Shown here: piece after piece, positions 1 to 8,668 of the stretch
Numbering within the stretch: the stretch's first letter is position 1
Layout of the letters: each line of letters starts with the position of its first letter
Assembly (NCBI GenBank): GCA_020635655.1
Contig: JACJZI010000010.1
Coordinates: 12,800-76,799, forward strand
Source: Flavobacteriales bacterium
Lineage (GTDB): Bacteria; Bacteroidota; Bacteroidia; Flavobacteriales_F; PHOS-HE28
Direction of reading: 5' to 3'
Length of the DNA: 64,000 nucleotides
Notes under the pieces: model-generated
What the model saw: only the letters and a program-made list of their open reading frames with translations
Told to the model about the DNA's origin: nothing
Databases searched by the model: none
Made by a program: the position numbers and the translations under genes

Positions 1-3000
1 CCGCGGCTAGTATCGGCACCGTGAAGTTCAGCGGTGGCAGTGGGGCCAATGCTCCAGGCGGTACAGGTGGTGGTGGCGGCTCCTCAGCTGGGACCGCGGC
101 TGCGGGTGTGAATGGCTCCGGTCAGAACGGTGGCACGGCTCCTGCTGGAGGAGGTGATGGGGGTGATGGGGGGAACGGATTCTTTTCTCCTGGTGTGGCA
201 GGTACAACGCCGGGCGGTGGTGGTGGAGGTGCGGAGAGAGGGTGCTGTATCACGGTGAATGGTGGCGCGGGTGCGAACGGCCAGGTCAAGATCACCTATA
301 CCTATCTCTACACAAATGGCACCTGCATGGCGGCCGCGTCCTACAATGCCATTCCGGACAATGGCTGCGGCTCGAACAATGCGATGAACCTGACGATCCC
401 GATCTCCGGCCTGCCGACCACGCTTGGCACTGCGCCAGGCAATGCCCGGTTGTTGAGCGTCGATCTGGTCGTGGAGCATACCTACAACAGCGATCTGCAG
501 ATCACCCTCACCACGCCGGGAGCGCAGACCAGGAACCTCGTTCTAAATCGCTTCGGCAATGGGGACAACATGGGTGACCCGACAAATTGCCCCAATGCGG
601 TGCTGACGCTTCAGGACGGCGGAACAGCGCTCACCAATACGAACATGAGCAATGTCACGGGTACGTATGCACCGGAACAGACGTTGGCCGGGTACACGGG
701 GGACCCCAATGGCAATTGGGTCTTCACGATCTGTGACGCCTTCAACCTCGATCTCGGGAACCTCCGTTATATCCGACTGAACTTCTGTGAAGTGCCGCAG
801 ATCACCGGCACCTCCAGCAACAGTCCCTTCTGTGTGGGAGGCACGCTAACACTGGGCGTCACCGCCACGGGCTCACCCACCCCGACCTACAGTTGGTCCG
901 GAACCGGCACCTTCAGCCCCAACAACACGAGCGCGAACGTCAGCGTGACCGGTGGTGCGGCGGGCAACTACAACATCACCGTATCCAATACCTGCGGCTC
1001 CGACAACACGAACGTGGCCGTCACCACGGTGTCCCCACCGACCACCGCGACGGTGGGCGGTCCGCAGACCATCTGTGAACTGGGTACGACCGCAGGCCTG
1101 GGCGGCAATACCCCGGGCGTGGGCACCGGTGCCTGGAGCATCATCGGAGGCGGCAGCGGGACCTTCAACCCGAACGCCACGACACCGAACGCGACCTTCA
1201 CGCATACATCGGGCACGGTCACGGCCCTGCGCTGGACGATCAGCAACGGCTCCTGCACGCCAAGCACCGCCGATGTGAGCTTGACGCTCGATCCCCCACC
1301 GTCCGCATCGAACGCAGGCTCCGACCAGAGCGATTGCTTCCGGGAGACCTTCACCCTGGCCGCCAACACACCCGGCACGGGTACCGGTGCCTGGTCGGTG
1401 GTCTCAGGTCCCTCGCTCAATGCTTCGCAATTCACCAATACGGCTTCACCCACCTCGGATTTCGTCGCGGATGGTGGTCCGGGCACCTATGTCCTGCGTT
1501 GGACGATCAGCAACGGTTCCTGTACTCCGGAGACCGATGATGTCGCGATCGATGCCAACACCACATGTAGCTATTACTCCCGGTCCTCGGGCAATGAGAC
1601 CGATCCGATCTGGGCGATCACACCCGCAGGCACTCCAGGCGCCGCCGTGTGGAGCACCACCTCATCCGCCACGGTTCAAAGTGGTGATGCCATCACCGTG
1701 AACAGTGCGACCTGGACGGTCTACGATCTGGACGTACAGGGCGGAGGGAGCGTTGACCTGGGAGGCAACAGCCTGGAGGTATACGGCACGTCATTGAACA
1801 ACGACGGCGGTTTTACGGTGACCACGGGTGCGGTCCATTTGAGCGGTGGGTCCACCGTGACGATGGACGGTACGGGGAACTGGGACCTGTACGACCTGAG
1901 CGTGGATGGAACGGGCGGTGACCTTCAATCGGCGGAGCTGCGGATCCGGCACAGCTTGGATGTGAACAACGGAAGCTTCAATGCCAATACCACCGGCAAC
2001 CCATCGCGGGACCTGATCATGGTGAGCACGGCCAGCGGCACCGGCCGATTGGGCCCGGTGGTCTCCCCTGGGACCTTCACGGGTGAGATCACCATGCAAC
2101 GCTACGTTTCGGCTGGCGCGACCGACTGGCGGCTGCTCGCGGCGCCGGTGCAGTCCGTGACGATCGCCGATCTGCAGGACGACTTCATCACCGCGGGTTA
2201 TCCGGGCAGTCAGTACCCCAACTTCGACGATCCCCCGGGCAGCAATGTGCTCTGGCCGAGCATCCGCTACTACGATGAGACGGATGCGGGCACGAACCTG
2301 AACGACGGGCTGGTCGGGGTGACCAGTTCATCGATGAGCATGACCGGGGGTCAGGGTTTTGCAGCATGGTCCGGTGACAACCTGATCAGCACGAGCGCCT
2401 TCACAGTGGACCTGCGGGGGGCGGCATCCCAGGGAAGCTTTGGGTTGCCGATGAGCTACACGAACACCGGCAATGCCACGGTCGACGGCTGGAACCTGGT
2501 GGGCAATCCGCTGCCCAGCCCGATCGATTTCACGAATGTGACATTGGGCGCGGATGTGGAGGACCAGTTCTGGGCGTTCGATCCCTCGACAGGCAACTAC
2601 GTGTATTGGGACGAGGGTTCGACTTCCGGAAGTTCCGTGATGAATGGGAACATCCAGAGCATGCAGGGCTTCTGGCTGCATGCCTTGGGCCCGAACGTGA
2701 CCACCACGGTGGACGAGACCAGCAAGACCCTGGACCCGAACGGCGGGGCGCCTTTTGGCGGGCTGGATATGAACGGACCGGTGCTGCTGCGCTTGGGCTT
2801 GGAGGCCAACATGAACCAGTTCAGCGACGAGCATCTGATCAATTTCAGCACCGGTGCTTCAGGCATGGACATCCGGGACATGGAGAAGTTCTTTTTCGCG
2901 CACAGGGAGGCACCGCAACTTTGGACACGCTCGACGGACGGGAACGATCTGGGCCTTAACGCGTGGGGTCCGGTCAACGGGACCACCACCATCCCTGTCC

Positions 3001-3701
3001 TGGTGAAGGCAGGTGTGACCGGCAGCTACACGCTTACAGTGATGCAGTTGGCCGATACGCTGGCCACCGGGTATTGCCTGGAGCTGGAGGATGTGGTGCA
3101 GGGAGTGACGATCCCCGTGGAGGTGGGCAGCACCTATGTGTTCGACCTGGACGCAACGACCCCGGCGGATCCGGCGCGGTTCCTGCTCCACATCAGTACG
3201 GTACCGGAGGGCGCGCTGACAGCATCCGCGACGCAGGTGGTGGTCGGTGAGCCGATCGCGTTCGCGAGCGGCGCACAGGCGGGCACCATGGTGAACTGGG
3301 ACTTTGGTGACGGGACCAGCAGCATGGACCCCGCACCGGTGCACAGCTATGGGATGCCCGGGACCTACGGGGTGACGCTCACGTTGGGCGAGGCCCCCTG
3401 CGATCTGGTGCTGGACACCGACATCGATGTGGCCATCAGCACGGGCATCACGGATGATCACGGACCACATTTCAATGCATGGATGCACGACCGGACGATC
3501 GAGATGGACTGGTCCGATGTGTCAGGGACACAGGCGATCACGGTACTGGACATGGAGGGTCGCGTGGTCCGCAGGGCACAACTTCAAGGCGCCCAAGGGC
3601 AAATGTCCATCGACATGAGTGATGCGGCTCTTGGTGTCTATACGCTTCGTGCCATCGGTGATCAGGGAAGGCGCACGATCGTGCTGCCAATGGTCCGTTG
3701 A
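1..3701 (+). CDS. T9SS-secreted cell-surface protein, 5'-truncated by the window edge. Domains in order: Gly-rich segment, proprotein-convertase P-domain, tandem PKD-like modules, PKD domain, type A Por/T9SS C-terminal sorting domain.
   Basis: The frame is open from nt 3 with no upstream stop, so the N-terminus lies outside the window. P-domain-like stretch: CMAAASYNAIPDNGCGSNNAMNLTIPISGL...LSVDLVVEHTYNSDLQITLTTPGAQ. There are at least three repeats of about 90 aa of the form GTGAWS...LRWTISNGSCTP. PKD signature: WDFGDGTSS...GTYGVTLT. The C-terminus ITVLDMEGRVV...GVYTLRAIGDQGRRTIVLPMVR is typical of a type A T9SS CTD. Confidence 0.8.
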   Translation, partial: AASIGTVKFSGGSGANAPGGTGGGGGSSAGTAAAGVNGSGQNGGTAPAGGGDGGDGGNGFFSPGVAGTTPGGGGGGAERGCCITVNGGAGANGQVKITYTYLYTNGTCMAAASYNAIPDNGCGSNNAMNLTIPISGLPTTLGTAPGNARLLSVDLVVEHTYNSDLQITLTTPGAQTRNLVLNRFGNGDNMGDPTNCPNAVLTLQDGGTALTNTNMSNVTGTYAPEQTLAGYTGDPNGNWVFTICDAFNLDLGNLRYIRLNFCEVPQITGTSSNSPFCVGGTLTLGVTATGSPTPTYSWSGTGTFSPNNTSANVSVTGGAAGNYNITVSNTCGSDNTNVAVTTVSPPTTATVGGPQTICELGTTAGLGGNTPGVGTGAWSIIGGGSGTFNPNATTPNATFTHTSGTVTALRWTISNGSCTPSTADVSLTLDPPPSASNAGSDQSDCFRETFTLAANTPGTGTGAWSVVSGPSLNASQFTNTASPTSDFVADGGPGTYVLRWTISNGSCTPETDDVAIDANTTCSYYSRSSGNETDPIWAITPAGTPGAAVWSTTSSATVQSGDAITVNSATWTVYDLDVQGGGSVDLGGNSLEVYGTSLNNDGGFTVTTGAVHLSGGSTVTMDGTGNWDLYDLSVDGTGGDLQSAELRIRHSLDVNNGSFNANTTGNPSRDLIMVSTASGTGRLGPVVSPGTFTGEITMQRYVSAGATDWRLLAAPVQSVTIADLQDDFITAGYPGSQYPNFDDPPGSNVLWPSIRYYDETDAGTNLNDGLVGVTSSSMSMTGGQGFAAWSGDNLISTSAFTVDLRGAASQGSFGLPMSYTNTGNATVDGWNLVGNPLPSPIDFTNVTLGADVEDQFWAFDPSTGNYVYWDEGSTSGSSVMNGNIQSMQGFWLHALGPNVTTTVDETSKTLDPNGGAPFGGLDMNGPVLLRLGLEANMNQFSDEHLINFSTGASGMDIRDMEKFFFAHREAPQLWTRSTDGNDLGLNAWGPVNGTTTIPVLVKAGVTGSYTLTVMQLADTLATGYCLELEDVVQGVTIPVEVGSTYVFDLDATTPADPARFLLHISTVPEGALTASATQVVVGEPIAFASGAQAGTMVNWDFGDGTSSMDPAPVHSYGMPGTYGVTLTLGEAPCDLVLDTDIDVAISTGITDDHGPHFNAWMHDRTIEMDWSDVSGTQAITVLDMEGRVVRRAQLQGAQGQMSIDMSDAALGVYTLRAIGDQGRRTIVLPMVR

Positions 3702-3722
3702 TCGCACAGGAGATCATGGATG

Positions 3723-3754
3723 GGGCCCGGTCCGACCGGGCCCTATTCTTTTCC
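3723..3754 (+). terminator. Rho-independent terminator after the surface-protein gene.
   Basis: Stem GGGCCCGG (3723-3730), loop TCCGA, stem CCGGGCCC (3736-3743), then T-rich TATTCTTTTCC. Confidence 0.6.
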
Positions 3755-3813
3755 TGGACGACATGTGCGGGATCGGCTGCCGTACTACCTTGCGTCACCT
3801 GATCAACCGCCGC

Positions 3814-4491
3814 ATGTTCAGCCTTCGCACCTTGCGCTCCATCGTTGCAATTGGAACGCTGTCGCTTCTCACGGGCTGTCTGACCATCGAGGAGAACTAC
3901 ACCTTCAAGAAGAACGGTTCAGGGACCATGGAGTATGTGGTCGATCTGAGCGCATTCGCCGAAATGATGGAGTCCATTTCGAAGATGGGTGGATCCGAGG
4001 ATGCCAAGGATGACGAGGGTCCCATGCCGATCGGTGACCAGGCGCAGAAGTTGAAGGACCTGCCCGGGATCGGCAAGGTCAAGTTGAACAACAAGGAGAA
4101 GTACATCCAGCGCCTTTCGTTCAAGTTCGCCAACATCGAGGCGTTGAACCGCGCGCTCAACGTACTGCTTCCGGACAGCAGTGGCGGCGAACAGGAGTTC
4201 TGGCGCTGGGAAGGGAACACGCTGGTGCGACGCAACAATCAGCACGCCCTCGAACTTGGCGAGGGCATGGGGAAGGACGAACCATCCGATTCCGTGGATC
4301 CCACGGCCTTCCTGGAAAGCATGCATTACAAATACAGCTTCACGTTCCAGCGGCCGATCGCCGATCGACAGGTCGCCGACGGCGTGACCGTTGATGCGCC
4401 GAACGCCAAACAACTGGACCTGGACACGGACTGGTCCGTGATCATGAACGATCCCAAGGCGTTGGACCTGCGGATCACCCTGGAGCAGTGA
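3814..4491 (+). CDS. Hypothetical lipoprotein.
   Basis: N-terminus MFSLRTLRSIVAIGTLSLLTGC carries a lipobox (LLTG|C). The upstream part of the listed ORF (3619..) overlaps the terminator hairpin, so the start at 3814 is preferred. No recognisable catalytic motif. Confidence 0.55.
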   Translation: MFSLRTLRSIVAIGTLSLLTGCLTIEENYTFKKNGSGTMEYVVDLSAFAEMMESISKMGGSEDAKDDEGPMPIGDQAQKLKDLPGIGKVKLNNKEKYIQRLSFKFANIEALNRALNVLLPDSSGGEQEFWRWEGNTLVRRNNQHALELGEGMGKDEPSDSVDPTAFLESMHYKYSFTFQRPIADRQVADGVTVDAPNAKQLDLDTDWSVIMNDPKALDLRITLEQ

Positions 4492-4493
4492 AC

Positions 4494-4973
4494 ATGGAGG
4501 AACATCTGCTGGAACGGGCCATCCGGCTGGCGGCGAAGGTGCACAAGGGACAGGTCGACCGTTTCGGGAAGCCCTACATACTGCACGTGATGCGTGTGAT
4601 GATGCGCGGGCACGACATCGAGGAGCAGGTCCTGGGTGCCGTACACGATGTCCTGGAGCGGTCCGATCTCACCGCGGACGATCTGGCCAAGAAGGATTTT
4701 CCACCGCGTGTGCTGCGGGCATTGGAGCATATTTCCCGGGTTGCCGACGAGGACTACGACGCCTATATCGAGCGCGTGATGCAGGACCCACTGGCCGTGC
4801 GGGTGAAGTTGCACGACCTCGCCGACAAGATGGACCTGTTGCACGTGAACACCCTGTCGCATGCCGACCTGAAGCGCTACAACCGACAGCTGGCGGCCTA
4901 TCACCGGCTGAAGAAACTGGTGGAGGAAGCACGGGCGAGCATGATCATCCAAGCACGACGGTCCCGGGTCTGA
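4494..4973 (+). CDS. HD-domain protein, RelA/SpoT-type (p)ppGpp hydrolase-like (small alarmone hydrolase family).
   Basis: VHKGQVDRFGKPYILHVMRV plus HDVLE match the N-terminal HD hydrolase motif of RelA/SpoT (H...HD). It is about 160 aa with no synthetase domain. The ATG lies 3 nt after the lipoprotein stop. Confidence 0.6.
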   Translation: MEEHLLERAIRLAAKVHKGQVDRFGKPYILHVMRVMMRGHDIEEQVLGAVHDVLERSDLTADDLAKKDFPPRVLRALEHISRVADEDYDAYIERVMQDPLAVRVKLHDLADKMDLLHVNTLSHADLKRYNRQLAAYHRLKKLVEEARASMIIQARRSRV

Positions 4974-5029
4974 TCCAGGACCCCCCAGTGTCCGGGTCCG
5001 GTTACCTTTGCCCCTTCATTTCCCAGACC

Positions 5030-7081
5030 ATGCGAAAGGAACGATACCTGATCACCCTGCTGTTACTGCCGTTGTTCATGGCATGCGGCACGGCCCCGAC
5101 CACCGGTGACGGTGCACGGAACGATAGCACGGCGGTCGCCGGAGCGGACAGCTTCCGCTGGGAGGCCGATCAATTCGCGGATGTGCGCGTGCTGCGATAC
5201 CGCATCCCCGGATGGGACCAGCTCACACTGGACCAGAAGAAGCTGGCCTATTACCTGACCATGGCCGGACTGAGCGGTCGTGACATCATGTGGGACCAGA
5301 ACTACCGGCACAACCTGGTGGTGCGACGTGCCTTGGAAAAGATACTGGGCGACTACAAGGGCGAGCGTTCCGGAAAGGATTGGGATGCCTTCCTCACCTA
5401 TGCCAAGCAGATCTTCTTCGCCAATGGGATCCACCACCACTACGGCAATGAAAAATTCACTCCCGGGTTCGAGCGGTCCTACCTGGAGACGTTGGTTGCC
5501 CAGAGCGGGGCCACCCTCCCGACGGAGGTGGTCGACATCCTGTTCGATCCGGCCCGCGATGCCAAAAAGGTCAGCTTGGACGCTACGCGCGATCTGGTGC
5601 TTAGCTCCGCCGTGAACTTTTATGGAGAGGATGTCAACGAGAAGGAGGTCGCCGCGTTCTATTCGAAAATGGAGAACAAGGACGATCCGGAGCCGCTCAG
5701 CTACGGCATCAACAGCAAGGTGGTCCGGGGCGATGATGGCAAGATCACGGAGCGCATTTGGAAAGTGGGCGGGATGTACGATGCCGCCCTGAAGGAGGTG
5801 GTGAAATGGCTTGAACTGGCCCAAGGCGTGGCGGGAAGCGAGGAACAGGCCAAGGCGCTCGGTCTTCTGATGGACTTCTATCGCACGGGCGACCTGAAGA
5901 CCTGGGACGACTTCAACATCGCCTGGGTCAAGGACACGACCAGCCAGGTGGACCTGATCCAGGGCTTTGTCGAGGTCTATAACGATCCGCTCGGCAAGAA
6001 GGGGTCCTATGAGTCCATCGTGGAGGTGATCGATCCGGTGGCCACGAAGAACATGCGTGTCATCCAGAAGAACGCGCAATGGTTCGAGGACCACAGCCCG
6101 TTGATGGAGCAGCACAAGAAAAAGAACGTGGTCGGGATCACCTATCGGTTCATCAATGCGGTGAACGAGGCGGGAGATGCCGCGCCGAGCACACCGATCG
6201 GTGTCAACCTGCCCAATGCCGATTGGATCCGGGCGGCACATGGCAGCAAGAGCGTCAGTCTGGGCAATATCATCGATGCCTACGACAAGAGCAGTGGCAT
6301 GAGCTCACTGGAGGTGTTCTGCAACGACCAGGAGGAGATCGACCGTGCCCGGGAATACGGCACCCTGAGCAGCAAGCTCCACACGGCCCTTCACGAAGTG
6401 GTGGGGCATGCCAGCGGCCAGTTGGAACCGGGTGTGGCCGGCACCGACATCACGCTGAAGAACTACGCCAGCACCTTGGAGGAGGGTCGCGCGGACCTGG
6501 TGGCGCTCTACTTCATGATGGACCCCAAGATGGTGGAGCTTGGTGTGATGCCATCGCTGGATGTTGGAAGGGCCGAATACGACAGCTACATCCGCAATGG
6601 TTTGCTCTATCAATTGCGCCGTTTGAAACTGGGGGACGATATCGAGGAGGCCCATATGCGCAACCGGGCCTGGGTGAGCCGCTGGGTCTTTGAAAAGGGG
6701 CTCGCGGACAGTGTCATCGTGAAGAACATCCGCAACGGGGAGACCTATTACGACATCCGGGACTATGACAAGCTCCGTGACCTGTTCGGCCAATTGCTGC
6801 GTGAGGTCCAACGCATCAAGAGCCAGGGTGACTATTCAGCAGGGAAGGCACTGGTCGAGGATTATGGCGTGAAGGTCGATCCAGCCCTGCATGCCGAGGT
6901 CCTCAAACGGGCCGAGCGCATCAAGACCGCTCCCTATGCCGGGTTCATCCAGCCCAGACTGGTCCCGGTAACGGATGACGCCGGCAACATCACGGACGTA
7001 CGCGTGGAATACCCGGATGACTTCCTTGGCCAGATGCTGGAATATGGGCAGAAGTTCTCTTTCCTGCCCGATGTGAACTGA
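5030..7081 (+). CDS. M49 family metallopeptidase (dipeptidyl-peptidase III-like), lipoprotein.
   Basis: HEVVGH (HEXXGH) followed by EEGRADLVALYF (the EEXRAE/D motif) is the M49/DPP III zinc-binding arrangement. N-terminus MRKERYLITLLLLPLFMACG is a lipoprotein signal. About 680 aa. Confidence 0.7.
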   Translation: MRKERYLITLLLLPLFMACGTAPTTGDGARNDSTAVAGADSFRWEADQFADVRVLRYRIPGWDQLTLDQKKLAYYLTMAGLSGRDIMWDQNYRHNLVVRRALEKILGDYKGERSGKDWDAFLTYAKQIFFANGIHHHYGNEKFTPGFERSYLETLVAQSGATLPTEVVDILFDPARDAKKVSLDATRDLVLSSAVNFYGEDVNEKEVAAFYSKMENKDDPEPLSYGINSKVVRGDDGKITERIWKVGGMYDAALKEVVKWLELAQGVAGSEEQAKALGLLMDFYRTGDLKTWDDFNIAWVKDTTSQVDLIQGFVEVYNDPLGKKGSYESIVEVIDPVATKNMRVIQKNAQWFEDHSPLMEQHKKKNVVGITYRFINAVNEAGDAAPSTPIGVNLPNADWIRAAHGSKSVSLGNIIDAYDKSSGMSSLEVFCNDQEEIDRAREYGTLSSKLHTALHEVVGHASGQLEPGVAGTDITLKNYASTLEEGRADLVALYFMMDPKMVELGVMPSLDVGRAEYDSYIRNGLLYQLRRLKLGDDIEEAHMRNRAWVSRWVFEKGLADSVIVKNIRNGETYYDIRDYDKLRDLFGQLLREVQRIKSQGDYSAGKALVEDYGVKVDPALHAEVLKRAERIKTAPYAGFIQPRLVPVTDDAGNITDVRVEYPDDFLGQMLEYGQKFSFLPDVN

Positions 7082-7105
7082 CGGTCGACGCTTTGATCGA
7101 AAGGA

Positions 7106-7131
7106 GGGTGGCCATGAGGTCGCCCTTTTTT
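7106..7131 (+). terminator. Rho-independent terminator downstream of the M49 peptidase gene.
   Basis: GGGTGGC-CATGAG-GTCGCCC stem (two G-U pairs) followed by TTTTTT at 7126-7131. Confidence 0.45.
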
Positions 7132-7275
7132 CATACGCTCATCGGTGCTGTTGCCTATTTCGTCGAGATCCCGGGCAGGCCGGTCGGAAAGTCGTCCGCA
7201 AGCTGAAACACCGTGCGTGGGGGCTCCGTAACAAAGCGTGTCCAAGTAGTTCAAAGGTCAATCTGAAGAGTCACG

Positions 7276-7785
7276 TTACCCCTGCCTAGGGCCCAGCCCG
7301 GTGGGGGTTTCGTGCATCCGCCCCCAGCCATTGCAAAGCGCATTGGCCGCCCAACTCGCGATCACCAGGTCGGGTTTGGTCCGGGTATCATACCCCTGCG
7401 ACCGGACATAGCCCACGGCGGTCTGATACAGACGGTGCGAGGCATAGCGCGGATCACTGTTCAGGTCCAGATCGATCCTCTCGACATGCACGCCGCCTTC
7501 ATGGGTGAGATGTTCGGCCACGGCCAGGCTTCGTTCCACTTCACCCCAAAGACGGGTCCACAGGTCACGTATCCGGTCCGCACGTTCCTTGCGGTATACG
7601 ACCTGGGCACCGTTGCACCGGAACCGCAGGACTACGGTGGTGATATAGATGGTGTGGTCCGCCCGGTTGTGACTGTCCGTGCCGACCAGCACCTCGGTAC
7701 CGGGGTGGGCGGTCAGTACCTCCTGCACGTGCTCGATCAAGCTCACGATACCGCCATCACTGGTATTTCGGAATCCCTTGATCAT
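7276..7785 (-). CDS. DUF458 / YkuK-like RNase-H-fold protein.
   Basis: The 169-aa product contains GTDSHNRADHTIYITTVVLRF, resembling the GTDS...H core of the YkuK/DUF458 family. Assigned by motif recall only. Confidence 0.45.
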   Translation of the reverse strand: MIKGFRNTSDGGIVSLIEHVQEVLTAHPGTEVLVGTDSHNRADHTIYITTVVLRFRCNGAQVVYRKERADRIRDLWTRLWGEVERSLAVAEHLTHEGGVHVERIDLDLNSDPRYASHRLYQTAVGYVRSQGYDTRTKPDLVIASWAANALCNGWGRMHETPTGLGPRQG

Positions 7786-7856
7786 CGTCCGGGGGGCGCT
7801 CGAAATTAGTCAGGCCGAATGCGGTTCGCGCTGACATCGACGAGAACGGGAACTTC

Positions 7857-7864
7857 TATATTTG
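7857..7864 (+). promoter_or_regulatory. Bacteroidota-type -7 promoter element (TAnnTTTG) for tRNA-Leu.
   Basis: TATATTTG sits 38 nt upstream of the tRNA 5' end. A nested inverted repeat (GCCCCTT...CCGGA agca TCCGG...AAGGGGC, 7866-7899) lies between motif and tRNA, possibly a leader or processing hairpin. Confidence 0.4.
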
Positions 7865-7901
7865 CAGCCCCTTGGCCGGAAGCATCCGGGAAAGGGGCCA
7901 C

Positions 7902-7985
7902 GCCGAAGTGGCGGAATTGGTAGACGCGCACGTTTCAGGGGCGTGTGGGCGAAAGTCCGTGTGGGTTCGAGTCCCACCTTCGGCA
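7902..7985 (+). tRNA. tRNA-Leu(CAG): tRNA-Leu (anticodon CAG).
   Basis: Acceptor stem GCCGAAG/CTTCGGC. Anticodon stem CACGT/GCGTG with loop TTCAGGG (anticodon CAG). Long variable arm typical of Leu. T-arm GTGGG-TTCGAGT-CCCAC. Discriminator A. CCA is not encoded. Confidence 0.85.
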
Positions 7986-7991
7986 CCCGGA

Positions 7992-8020
7992 GGGCGATCG
8001 ACGATCGCCCTCTTCCATTT
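7992..8020 (+). terminator. Terminator hairpin after tRNA-Leu.
   Basis: GGGCGAT-CGACG-ATCGCCC followed by TCTTCCATTT. Confidence 0.5.
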
Positions 8021-8062
8021 GGAATGCGCCCATGGCGGAGGGTTACCTTTGCCCAACGATCC

Positions 8063-8665
8063 ATGCGCGGCAAGCGATACAGGTCCAGGCGCCAGTGGTA
8101 CAATACGCAGGCATGGGCGTATTTCTCCGTGGGTCTGTTCCTCGCAGGGACCGTTGGTGCGCTCACCACGGGTCGATTCCTCTATCCGATACTGGCCTTC
8201 ACCGTGATCGCCTTGGGCCTGGGAGTGGCCTACATGCGCGATCGTGGCGAGGAATGCACCTATATCATCGATGAGCAACATGTCGTGTTGCGGAATGCTC
8301 GGGAGGAGGTCAGCATTCCGCATCAGAGTGTCGTGGACACCAGTTTGATCGATCGTTCCGCTGCCCGCGACTACATCATCCAGCATGCCCGTGAGGATGT
8401 TCCCGCTGGTGCCCCGAGGTCGGTGATCAGGCGGCGTGAAGGGGCTTTTGTGCGGTATTGTTCGGTGGACATCGGACTGCGGACGTTCACGTTCGGGCTT
8501 GGCCGTCGCATGATCGACCGCATGCCCAACTCCAAGAACGATCTGGTACTGTTGCGGCTCCGGAACGGAGAGGAGTACCTCCTATCACCGCTCTACAACC
8601 AGGACCTGGTGTCCACGCTCAGCAGGATCGCCCGTGAGCCCGGTCCCGTCCGCGTGGAAGGTTGA
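8063..8665 (+). CDS. Hypothetical membrane protein (two TM helices then a soluble domain, bacterial-PH-like topology).
   Basis: The listed ORF (7862..) overlaps the tRNA and its terminator, so the start was moved to the in-frame ATG at 8063. Hydrophobic segments AYFSVGLFLAGTVGAL and LYPILAFTVIALGLGVAY. No catalytic motif. Confidence 0.5.
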   Translation: MRGKRYRSRRQWYNTQAWAYFSVGLFLAGTVGALTTGRFLYPILAFTVIALGLGVAYMRDRGEECTYIIDEQHVVLRNAREEVSIPHQSVVDTSLIDRSAARDYIIQHAREDVPAGAPRSVIRRREGAFVRYCSVDIGLRTFTFGLGRRMIDRMPNSKNDLVLLRLRNGEEYLLSPLYNQDLVSTLSRIAREPGPVRVEG

Positions 8666-8668
8666 CGG

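Noticed and set aside
3619-3813. Upstream extension of the lipoprotein ORF (listed start 3619).
   Set aside because: The extension overlaps the strong terminator hairpin at 3723-3754 and encodes non-signal-like sequence. The internal Met at 3814 gives a canonical lipoprotein signal with LTGC lipobox.
7862-8062. Upstream 200 nt of ORF 7862..8665.
   Set aside because: It runs through tRNA-Leu and its terminator, so translation cannot start there. The in-frame ATG at 8063 is used.
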